A stretch of 63,166 nt of DNA, counting the filler, from an uncultured Methanoregulaceae archaeon (GTDB taxonomy: Archaea; Halobacteriota; Methanomicrobia; Methanomicrobiales; Methanospirillaceae), in NCBI GenBank assembly GCA_964530035.1. It is 9 parts of 9 records of this genome, joined end to end, with 100 filler letters (N's around TTAATTAATTAA, not from the genome) between each part and the next. Parts side by side here need not be neighbours in the genome. Positions count along the whole stretch, not along the records: positions 7,333 to 14,542 come from CAZGXZ010000139.1; positions 14,643 to 21,759 come from CAZGXZ010000140.1; 7 more parts are not named here. One strand, given 5' to 3'. Of this stretch, positions 11,161 to 19,462 are shown piece after piece. The translations under genes and the position numbers were made by a program. Each line of letters starts with the position of its first letter. Position 1 is the first letter of the stretch. The notes under the pieces were generated by a model. That model worked only from the letters and a program-made list of their open reading frames with translations, did not search any database and had not been told where the DNA came from.

Positions 11161-11976
11161 TCAATCCTCTTCTTTCTGGCCAGGACCTGGAGGACGGACT
11201 GCCTCGACTTCGAGCCTTACCATGTCTACATGGACATTTCCTTCAGGGTCTGCGGGGCGGATGCCGATATAGCGGTCGACGACCTCTGCGAGAAACTCCT
11301 CCCTCCTGGCATCCGGGACGGCGTCGAGGTAGGGATGCCAGGTCGTCCTGACCCAGCCGGCGAACCCCTCCCTGCCTGCCTGGACCATGTCCCGGTCAAG
11401 GAGCACCGCCCGTTTCACCCGGAACCCTGCTCCCGTGAGAAAACCCCGGTACTCATCGGGGCCGAAGAAGGCATACGGAGAGGTAAAACCCGCGAAGTAC
11501 GGACTCCAGGCAGCTTTCGCCGTCACCTCGCATACAACGTCCATGACATCAGCCGCGTTCCCTGCCCCACCCATCTGGGCAAGGAAGGTCCCGCCCGGCA
11601 CCAGGCACTGGTAGACCGCGGCGAGGAGGGGGCGGTGGTCCCGTACCCAGTGGAGGGCGGCGTTCGAGAAGACCAGGTCAAACGGTCCTTTCATCGGGAG
11701 GTGGCATGCATCGGCCCGGACGAACGAGAGGTTCGGGTACTGTTCCTGTGGGTGGTGGGACGCGGCATACCTGACCATCTCGAGAGAGAGGTCGGCCCCA
11801 ACGACACACCCCTGCGGAACCTGTCCCGCCAGCCCGGCGGTGATGCGCCCGTCGCCGCAGCCGATATCGAGGACCCGCTCCCGGCCCTTGAGATTCAGCC
11901 CGGCAAGGAGCTGCTCCGCCCACTGTTCCTGTGCCGTTGAGTTTTTGGCATAATCCCCGGGGTCCCAGTGGTGCAT
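11161..11976 (-). CDS. Trans-aconitate 2-methyltransferase-like SAM methyltransferase
   Basis: WDPGDY, VLDIGCGDG, FDLVFSNAALHWV, C-terminal VRLEVEA. Confidence 0.88.
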   Translation of the reverse strand: MHHWDPGDYAKNSTAQEQWAEQLLAGLNLKGRERVLDIGCGDGRITAGLAGQVPQGCVVGADLSLEMVRYAASHHPQEQYPNLSFVRADACHLPMKGPFDLVFSNAALHWVRDHRPLLAAVYQCLVPGGTFLAQMGGAGNAADVMDVVCEVTAKAAWSPYFAGFTSPYAFFGPDEYRGFLTGAGFRVKRAVLLDRDMVQAGREGFAGWVRTTWHPYLDAVPDARREEFLAEVVDRYIGIRPADPEGNVHVDMVRLEVEAVRPPGPGQKEED

Positions 11977-12048
11977 GGGGAAGTGTTCGTGTCATGGGAC
12001 AAAAAATGGTGCCCGGTCCGGGGCTGATGAAAAAGAATTCAGCGGATT

Positions 12049-13095
12049 TTAACCAGTGATGGTAGTGCCACACATCGGCTGCTTACAACGCGATGTCTCA
12101 AATCCAGGTGGCACGCATGTTGTGGGATTGAACACGCAATTGATACACCTGTCTTTATTTTCTCCTGTCCACTGTTTGCACTGCTCTTCGGCATTTGCGT
12201 TGGTAACAGCAGGCGTCGTTCCTACCTTGGAGAAGCAGCTCGGGCATTCCTCGTCGGCACCTACCCAGACGCCGCCTGCAACCCCTGTCTGAACGAGTTT
12301 CTTCCCGGTTGCGGTTATCTCCGTCCTGTAACACTTCTGGACCTCGCACCATTTCTGCCCTGTATGGGTATCGATGCTTGTCGATGCGGAACAGGTGCAT
12401 TCGGTTTTCCCGGTGAGACTATTGGTGCTGCAGGTCTGGACCGGCTTGCTGGCAGGGCAGAGGGATGCCATAACCGTGGAACCCTTGGTGACCTTCCCTC
12501 CGATCACAGCAATGCCAGAGTCTGCGGAAATCCCTGTCTTTACACTGCAGTTGACACCGGTGCATGCCTTCTGTGCACCTGATGAAACGGCGGACCCCGT
12601 CAGGTTCGCCGACGTGGTGCCGCCTTTCGATGAAGTCTGGAGGCTCCCTGTCCCGACAACGGTCCCGATCTTGCCGGACGAGGTGGTCACTGCTCCCTTC
12701 GAGGTCAGGAGCACGTTTCCTGTGTTCTTCGTGGCAAGCCCGGTCTGGAGGGCCGGGACACCCGTACCGGTTTGGGTCTGGGTCGTGTCACCGGTCCCGA
12801 CTATCACGGTTGTGCCTGTCCCTGTCGAACCCGTGGTGAGGGCCGGCACCGAAATCGTCATCGGTTTCCGGGCCTGGTTGAACAGGTCGGGTGAACCGAC
12901 GATACTGCCGAGATCCGAGATATCGCCGGAACCTTCGGCTGATCCCACGGCAACGAGCTGTTGGTTTCCGGGGTTTGCCGGCTGGACATCAGGCCGGTCC
13001 CAGAATCCCCCTGCTGAACAGGACGTTATCAGGAATATACAGGCCATGACTGCGAAAATAAAGGGGACAGAAATTCTGCCAGGTGACTTGTTCAT
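12049..13095 (-). CDS. Secreted Thr/Gly-rich, Cys-rich hypothetical protein (paralog A)
   Basis: N-terminal hydrophobic signal, T/G/S-rich stalk and 16 Cys in the C-terminal half. Many differences from paralog B are synonymous. Confidence 0.85.
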   Translation of the reverse strand: MNKSPGRISVPFIFAVMACIFLITSCSAGGFWDRPDVQPANPGNQQLVAVGSAEGSGDISDLGSIVGSPDLFNQARKPMTISVPALTTGSTGTGTTVIVGTGDTTQTQTGTGVPALQTGLATKNTGNVLLTSKGAVTTSSGKIGTVVGTGSLQTSSKGGTTSANLTGSAVSSGAQKACTGVNCSVKTGISADSGIAVIGGKVTKGSTVMASLCPASKPVQTCSTNSLTGKTECTCSASTSIDTHTGQKWCEVQKCYRTEITATGKKLVQTGVAGGVWVGADEECPSCFSKVGTTPAVTNANAEEQCKQWTGENKDRCINCVFNPTTCVPPGFETSRCKQPMCGTTITG

Positions 13096-14174
13096 CGCTG
13101 CGTCCCGAATGGGTAGCTAAATGGTTTGCTCATCTTGCAGATCGCGAAAGACTCCCAATCATCCGCACCACATTTTTCACACTGTTCCTTCTCAAGCCCC
13201 GAATAGGAATCACAGAATGACGGAGTCGTGGTCGTCCCTGACCCTGGATCCATCTTGGAGGAGCAGCTAGGGCATTCCTCGTCAGTACCGACCCAGACGC
13301 CGCCTGCAACCCCGGTCTGGACGAGTTTCTTCCCGGTTGCGGTTATCTCCGTCCTGTAACATTTCTGCACCTCGCACCATTTCTGCCCGGCGTGAGTGTC
13401 AATGGCTGTCGATGCGGAACAGGTGCACTCGGTTTTCCCGGTGAGGCTGTTGGTGCTGCAGGTCTGGACCGGCTTGCTGGGAGGGCAGAGTGATGCCGTA
13501 ACCGTGGACCCCTTGCTCGTCTTCCCCCCGGTCGCGATAATGCCTGAGTCAACGGAAATACCGGTCTTTGCACTGCAGTTGACACCGGTGCATGCCTTCT
13601 GAGCTCCTGATGAAACGGCGGACCCCGTCAGGTTCGCCGACGTGGTGCCGCCTTTCGATGAGGTCTGGAGGCTCCCGGTCCCGACAACAGTCCCGATCTT
13701 CCCGGACGAGGTCGTCACCGCTCCCTTCGAGGTCAGGAGCACGCTTCCGGTGTTCTTCGTGGTAAGGCCGGTCTGGAGGGCCGGAACACCCGTACCGGTC
13801 TGGGTCTGGGTCGTGCCATCAGTCCCGGAGTTCTTGGTGACAAGGCCTGTCTGGAGACCTGTCCCGGCGGTCACGGTTGTGCCGGTCCCTCCTGTCGAAC
13901 CCGTGGTGAGGGCCGGCAACGAAATCGTCATGGGTTTCCGGGCCTGGGTGAACAGGTCGGGTGAACCGACGATGCTGCCGAGATCCGTGATATCACCGGA
14001 ACCTTCGCCTGACCCCGCGGCACCGGTCTGTTGGTTTCCGGGGTAGGCCGGGTGAACGTCGGGTCGCTCCCAGCTGGGTATTCCGGCGGCTGCACCACAT
14101 GTTAATATCAGGAATATGCAGGCCATGCCTGCGAGTATCAGGGAGGCAGGGACTCTGCCAGGTGACTTATTCAT
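13092..14174 (-). CDS. Secreted Thr/Gly-rich, Cys-rich hypothetical protein (paralog B)
   Basis: Same MNKSPGR start as paralog A, 14 Cys in the C-terminal half, and its stop overlaps the start of A (ATGA 13092-13095). Confidence 0.85.
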   Translation of the reverse strand: MNKSPGRVPASLILAGMACIFLILTCGAAAGIPSWERPDVHPAYPGNQQTGAAGSGEGSGDITDLGSIVGSPDLFTQARKPMTISLPALTTGSTGGTGTTVTAGTGLQTGLVTKNSGTDGTTQTQTGTGVPALQTGLTTKNTGSVLLTSKGAVTTSSGKIGTVVGTGSLQTSSKGGTTSANLTGSAVSSGAQKACTGVNCSAKTGISVDSGIIATGGKTSKGSTVTASLCPPSKPVQTCSTNSLTGKTECTCSASTAIDTHAGQKWCEVQKCYRTEITATGKKLVQTGVAGGVWVGTDEECPSCSSKMDPGSGTTTTPSFCDSYSGLEKEQCEKCGADDWESFAICKMSKPFSYPFGTQR

Positions 14175-14439
14175 TGACTGATCTCCTTTCTTCCTCTGGG
14201 ACCAGGGCTGAAGGCCGGTCTCTGTCAAGAGTTTGGGGTAAAAGAGTAAAAAATTTGCTGAGCATCATTCAAAATATTTATGTTGAGCAATAGGAAACGG
14301 AAAACCACCTGGCCATTCTGACTGGATACGTGGTTATCCAAAAGGTCCTGGAATGACTCAGGCAAGGTAACCATTGATTCCTGGCAGATAATAAAGTTCC
14401 CGTTTTCGACGTCCTCTGGTTCAGCCTATCCTATCGGCA

Positions 14440-14542
14440 TCACCTTTCCCGATATCCGATAAACATCAACCCTTCAGTGGGGGCTTCGCCCCCACACCCC
14501 CGAAAAGATACCCCGCCGCCCCCGAAGGGCGCCCCGGCGGCG
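14440..14542 (-). repeat. Dispersed hairpin repeat, copy 1 (truncated by contig end)
   Basis: Reverse complement CGCCGCCGGGGCGCCCTTCGGGGGCG...GGGGTATCTTT...GTGGGGGCGAAGCCCCCACTGAAGG...ATCGGGAAAGGTGA matches copies 2 and 3. Confidence 0.9.
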
Positions 14543-14660
14543 NNNNNNNNNNNNNNNNNNNNNNNNNNNNNNNNNNNNNNNNNNNNTTAATTAATTAANN
14601 NNNNNNNNNNNNNNNNNNNNNNNNNNNNNNNNNNNNNNNNNNATCGTAATCTCCTTGATG

Positions 14661-14906
14661 GGCCGTGAGACCGCCGCGGGGGCGCCCTTCGGGGGGGGGG
14701 CGGTGGGGTATCTTTCCAGGGGTGTGGGGGCGAAGCCCCCACTGAAGGATTAATGTTTATGGAACATCGGGAAAGGTGAGGCTACGGGTATTCGACAAGG
14801 TCTGACAAATTTCATATCCCGTTTCTTCAATCATGTGGGTTACCTGGAATTTATATCAGGTACGGAAGAATTAATCGTTAAAATTGGGCTTTTGGCTTCG
14901 TTGAAA
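14661..14906 (+). repeat. Dispersed hairpin repeat, copy 2
   Basis: Colinear with 36142-36400 over about 250 nt; contains GTGGGGGC-GAA-GCCCCCAC at 14724-14742. Confidence 0.9.
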
Positions 14907-14966
14907 CGCACACGAACAAGTGTTCATGTGGGGTTCAACAGAGCCGGAAAAAGAGGATCCGAAAAA

Positions 14967-15773
14967 TTAATCCCTTTTCAGGTGTTGTCTGACACCTGCA
15001 AGAAGGATGCAGCCGGCTATTGCCATGACCAGGGCTGCAAATCCGACCGGCGACTTCTTTGTTGTTGCAACAGGTACTGTAGCCGGCTTCTCAGGCGTCG
15101 AGGTGGCAGGTGACTGGACTGACACGGATTCCCGGGTCAATGCTGCATTCCCGGGAGTCATATACGTGGCGTTTGGTGATGTATTATTCAGCACAGGAGC
15201 ACCATTTTGAGGTGCCGGCCCGGTCGCTGCCGTGGCAGATGCCGCGACGGTCCCTGCCGTGACGGGTTGCCGTGTCGCTCCACCCGTTGGAAAATCCCCT
15301 GAATCCGATGATGATGACTGGCTGCCCGGGGCGACGTTCTGTGAAGGCAGGCTGGTCGCGGTGACCCCTGAAGTTTCTCCCTGCGTCTGGCCTGCCGGGC
15401 CCGTGGAGCCGACCGTCAGGTCAAGCCTGCTGCTTGCCCCTGCCTGGTATGTGGCGGTTTCTGCGGCTTTCTGCCCATTGACCATGAACTCGATGACGGG
15501 CGAACCTGCTGACTTGAGTTCCTCCTCAGTCATTGCTATTGAGAGCCTCTGGTCGAACGTCCCTGTCCCGCCATAGATCCCGGCGACCGTGGTGGTTATT
15601 GAACCCCGCTCCACGCCATTGATTACCGCCTTGACCACGGTTCCCGGCTGGGCCTGGGCGCCATGTATTGTTACGCTTCCGAAGAACTCTGATGGGAGCA
15701 CAGGAGCTCCCTGCACCGTCATGACCATCAGGACGGCTGTAAAAATGAGTACACAGGTTTTAACGCCTTTCAT
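14967..15773 (-). CDS. Secreted cell-surface protein with C-terminal KSP-TM-basic anchor
   Basis: Signal peptide, PSEFFGSVTIHG domain, T/S/P-rich linker, ending TTKKSPVGFAALVMAIAGCILLAGVRQHLKRD. Confidence 0.85.
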   Translation of the reverse strand: MKGVKTCVLIFTAVLMVMTVQGAPVLPSEFFGSVTIHGAQAQPGTVVKAVINGVERGSITTTVAGIYGGTGTFDQRLSIAMTEEELKSAGSPVIEFMVNGQKAAETATYQAGASSRLDLTVGSTGPAGQTQGETSGVTATSLPSQNVAPGSQSSSSDSGDFPTGGATRQPVTAGTVAASATAATGPAPQNGAPVLNNTSPNATYMTPGNAALTRESVSVQSPATSTPEKPATVPVATTKKSPVGFAALVMAIAGCILLAGVRQHLKRD

Positions 15774-15996
15774 ATGGATGAATGTTATTCGGCGCCCGAT
15801 AAAAAGGCATTGGAGATAATCATCGGTAGATGAACCATTAAGCCCCTGAAGGGCCCCCCTCCGGTCGCTGTTTCAATCCTCCCCTTTTTCATCTCATACC
15901 TGGTCGTACTGCCGGACCGATAGCATCCTGAGACAGGCATCTTTTCCCTTATTGGAACCGTCTTTCATAAATAGATTGAAAAAGGATGTGTTTCCT

Positions 15997-17256
15997 ATGA
16001 AACGGTGGATCCTCGTCTGCCTTCTTGTTGCCTCCCTCTATGCATGTTCCGGACCCGCGCTGGCACTCTCGGTCAGCGTCACCCCTGACCATATCCGCTC
16101 AGGGGACCGGGTCTCGGTCAACGTGGAGGCACTCCCGGAAAACGCGCATTTTTCACTCCTTCTCGATTCCTCATTCGAAGTGGAACCCGGAGCTGAGTTC
16201 TCCTTCGAGGCCCGGCAGTTCGATGTCCCGTTTTCACTTACCGGGGGTACTGTTACCGCCGTAATGGAAAATACCACTTCGAACAGGCTCTACGTCAGGA
16301 AGGACGATTCTGTCGTCACCCTGTCAGGGAGTTCGAAAAACGGCCAGTTCCGCACGACCAGTTCGTACGAGATCTCGAGCGGGGTGTATGATATCATCGC
16401 CCTCGGTGGGAGGGCATCCAACACGACGGGGACGGTGAATGCCCGGCTCGAGCTGACAGGTGCGAAGAAAGGCCCAAATTCGGGAGGAATATCCTTCAAT
16501 GTCGAAGGGATCACCGACGGGGTCATCCATGTGACGGCTCTGGTCGATGGAAAACAGGTCCTCTACCAGCCGGTACAGGTAGGGACAACCGTCCCGGGTA
16601 CGGAACCCACCAAGTCCCAGGAATCAGGGACCCGGACCCTCCCTCCTGACTCAGGCGGAGATGATTATGGTGGGAACAGCCCGGCAGTCCCTGCAGGAAC
16701 CCCCGAACCCATTGTTCCCGGCACACCTGGTCCAAGGCCTGCAGAGACGACCAGTTCTTCCCAAATTGTCGCTCCCATTGTCACGTTTTCATCCATTGAT
16801 GGTTTCGTGAGCGGTTCTGCAGGCGGTCCGGCTTATATAGGGATTGTCAGGGCAGATCCATCCGGCATTCCCGGTGGGTGGAACACAATCCGGGCGGCAT
16901 ATGTCCTCTCACCTGAAAACACGACATTTTCTGTTCCCGGGACGATCAGGTTCACAGTCCCTCAGGGGACCAGGGAAAATGCATATCTCACCATAGCGCA
17001 GCAGGCGCCCGCAGGATGGGAACCAGTTCCCTCTGGATATGAAAACGGTTCCGTTACAGGAATGATTGCCGGTACGGGGACCTATGGATTGTTTGAGCTC
17101 CCACAGCCCCCGACACCGGCACCAACCACTCCTGCCACGACCACGAAGGTTCCGGTGACAACAAGAAAATCCCCGATATCACCCGCAATCCCGATGATGG
17201 CTTTTACAGGGGCCTCTCTCGTGGCTTGTATGTGGCGTTTCTCCCATAAGGAATGA
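15997..17256 (+). CDS. Secreted cell-surface protein with C-terminal KSP-TM-basic anchor
   Basis: Signal MKRWILVCLLVASL, beta-rich domains, PTPAPTT linker, ending TTRKSPISPAIPMMAFTGASLVACMWRFSHKE. Confidence 0.85.
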   Translation: MKRWILVCLLVASLYACSGPALALSVSVTPDHIRSGDRVSVNVEALPENAHFSLLLDSSFEVEPGAEFSFEARQFDVPFSLTGGTVTAVMENTTSNRLYVRKDDSVVTLSGSSKNGQFRTTSSYEISSGVYDIIALGGRASNTTGTVNARLELTGAKKGPNSGGISFNVEGITDGVIHVTALVDGKQVLYQPVQVGTTVPGTEPTKSQESGTRTLPPDSGGDDYGGNSPAVPAGTPEPIVPGTPGPRPAETTSSSQIVAPIVTFSSIDGFVSGSAGGPAYIGIVRADPSGIPGGWNTIRAAYVLSPENTTFSVPGTIRFTVPQGTRENAYLTIAQQAPAGWEPVPSGYENGSVTGMIAGTGTYGLFELPQPPTPAPTTPATTTKVPVTTRKSPISPAIPMMAFTGASLVACMWRFSHKE

Positions 17257-18233
17257 AAGAACCGGCAGGACTCCCGGTACGGGCTTTCAACCCCCGGTTT
17301 TTTTCTGAGGATCTCGCAATCGTTCTCCTCTGGACTTTTGCCACCGTGGCTATGCTGTATCTTTCCAGTGCCGGATCATTGCCTGTCAGGGCCATCCTCG
17401 CGTTCCCGGCCGTACTGTTCATCCCGGGATACGCCCTTGTAAGTGCCCTCTTTCCGGGTTCACATGAAATCGACGGCATCGAACGGGTGGCCCTGTCCAT
17501 CGGTCTTTCCATGGCGGTAGTCCCGCTTTTGTGCCTTGGCCTGAACTATACTCCCACAGGGATCAGGCTTGAGCCTCTGGTCCTCTGTCTCACCGTTTTC
17601 ATCATTATCATGGTCATTATCGCAGGGTTCCGACGGTGCCGGATGGACGCGGAAGACCAGTTCACCATTCACTGGTCACAAATAGTACACGGGATTATTT
17701 CCTGGCTTTTCCCACCGGGTTCGACCGTATATGATCGGGTCGCATCAGTCCTCCTTATCACCGGGGTTATTGCAGCTGCCCTGGTGGCGGTGTATGTTGT
17801 GGTTGTCCCGAAGGAAGGAGAATCCTTCACCGAGTTCTATCTCCTCGGTCCGAACCACCTGGCTGCAGATTACCCGAAGGAATTCGTTCCCGGGAAGGTG
17901 CTCACCATCACCATCGGGATAGGTAACCATGAATTTGCCGGGGTTACGTATTTCGTCGAGATCTTTGCGGTCAACCAGAGCGCCGGGAGTGTGAACGGTC
18001 AGGTGATCATCGACCGCATGGAACGGGTTGGCGGATATGAACGTTCACTGGCGCACAATACCACGCAGGAGGACACCGTCTCCTTTGCCGTGGGGGATAC
18101 GGGTTTCAACCAGGTCAGGTTCCTCCTGTTCAGGGCACCCCCCCCTCCTGACACGGTGAAAGGACCCGACCGGATACATGCGAGTTACCGGGACCTGCGC
18201 TTATGGGTTAAACCCGTGTCATCAGGTAAATGA
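17253..18233 (+). CDS. DUF1616 family membrane protein
   Basis: LFIPGYALVSALFP, IERVALSIGLS, ESFTEFYLLG...AADYP, YRDLRLWV. Confidence 0.88.
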   Translation: MKEPAGLPVRAFNPRFFSEDLAIVLLWTFATVAMLYLSSAGSLPVRAILAFPAVLFIPGYALVSALFPGSHEIDGIERVALSIGLSMAVVPLLCLGLNYTPTGIRLEPLVLCLTVFIIIMVIIAGFRRCRMDAEDQFTIHWSQIVHGIISWLFPPGSTVYDRVASVLLITGVIAAALVAVYVVVVPKEGESFTEFYLLGPNHLAADYPKEFVPGKVLTITIGIGNHEFAGVTYFVEIFAVNQSAGSVNGQVIIDRMERVGGYERSLAHNTTQEDTVSFAVGDTGFNQVRFLLFRAPPPPDTVKGPDRIHASYRDLRLWVKPVSSGK

Positions 18234-18989
18234 GAAAACAACGGTCATGGTCATATTTTTCCGGTCCGGGTCGGTCTGGTCGATCCTGCAGGTCCTGCCG
18301 GTCGATGAAGCAGCAAGCAAACCCGCGAAGCTGCATACCGGGCATGGATATACCGTGCATACCCTGGGGCTTTCTCCTCGTACCAGCAGGCACCCATCAA
18401 TAAGCCTGAAACGTCCGAGGACGAACGTCACGGTGCTGCCGTCGTTGCGGACCTCCACCGTGTCGGCGACCTCGAGAAGGGAGCAGTACAGGTCTTTTGC
18501 TGCAGTCGGCAGGTCATCAGCCGTTGAAGGGAGGACGAACCCGTTGGTTCGGGACAGTACCGAAAGCACAGGACCGGAAGAGGTGTACAGCAGGACCGCG
18601 TCCCCCCCGGGAGCATGAATGTAACTGAAGTCCTCTTTTGGAAGGGGAGGGACAGCCTCGCCGGCCGGGACTACCATGGACCCGTAATGGCCTTGCTGTC
18701 CCGGAATAAAACAGGCGTTTCCGGTAACTGACAGGTCTGCACACAACCGTGTGACAGCTATCATGCCGCCGGCCGGGAGAAGAGAGATGTAACGGGGGTC
18801 AGGGGGGTCCTCACGCGAAAACGAGAGGAAGATGACCCCCGCAAGAAAACAGGTCGTCCCTGAAAGGACAAGGGCGGCCGAGCTGATATCTCCGCGGTCA
18901 GTCAGGAGCGCCACTCCCAGGCTTATGGCCGAAGCTGCAAAGAGCAGTGCGGCAGCCACTCCATAATCATTGTATCGCCTCGTTTTCAC
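18222..18989 (-). CDS. Hypothetical membrane-anchored protein
   Basis: Two N-terminal TM helices and a C-terminal CTVYPCPVCS; overlaps upstream gene in the MoxR operon. Confidence 0.75.
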   Translation of the reverse strand: MKTRRYNDYGVAAALLFAASAISLGVALLTDRGDISSAALVLSGTTCFLAGVIFLSFSREDPPDPRYISLLPAGGMIAVTRLCADLSVTGNACFIPGQQGHYGSMVVPAGEAVPPLPKEDFSYIHAPGGDAVLLYTSSGPVLSVLSRTNGFVLPSTADDLPTAAKDLYCSLLEVADTVEVRNDGSTVTFVLGRFRLIDGCLLVRGESPRVCTVYPCPVCSFAGLLAASSTGRTCRIDQTDPDRKNMTMTVVFSFT

Positions 18990-19462
18990 GGGGCTTCACC
19001 CGACCACTTCTTCATGAGGGTATATTCATATCCCATCACCAGGGCCAGGCCGGCAATGAGACATATCAACCCGGCGCCAAGCGGTACCAGCACATGGCGG
19101 GTGGCCGGGATGACCAGGGCAAGGATAAGACACGGAACCAGGAACGGGCAGACTATCATGCGTACTGATCCCGCAATTCCACCTGCCGGGCTGCCGTCAA
19201 TCAGCAGGCAGGCAAGTCCTCCCATCACCGCGGCAATCGCTGGTGAACCCTCAAAACACATAACAATGACGGGAATCCCTGCTATGGCAGAATATACCGG
19301 GGGGTATCCCTTCCCTATTGAAAGGACTGCGACTACCGTGAAAACAGCCAGGAGGACCAGGATAGCCACCCGTAACCCACTTTCAGGTACGATGAAGACA
19401 CCGGTACAGCCAGCCAGGATGAAAAGGGTGGCGATGATAGCTGGCGTCAGCCGCGGGGTCAT
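18986..19462 (-). CDS. Hypothetical multi-pass membrane protein
   Basis: Highly hydrophobic; 4-nt overlaps with both neighbours. Confidence 0.75.
   Translation of the reverse strand: MTPRLTPAIIATLFILAGCTGVFIVPESGLRVAILVLLAVFTVVAVLSIGKGYPPVYSAIAGIPVIVMCFEGSPAIAAVMGGLACLLIDGSPAGGIAGSVRMIVCPFLVPCLILALVIPATRHVLVPLGAGLICLIAGLALVMGYEYTLMKKWSGEAP

Noticed and set aside
12049..14174. Diversity-generating retroelement TR/VR pair
   Set aside because: Differences are not adenine-specific, many are synonymous, both copies are full genes, and no reverse transcriptase is present.
14440..14770. Large inverted repeat spanning the spacer, resembling transposon TIRs or an invertible segment
   Set aside because: The two copies are on different contigs placed together only by length sorting.
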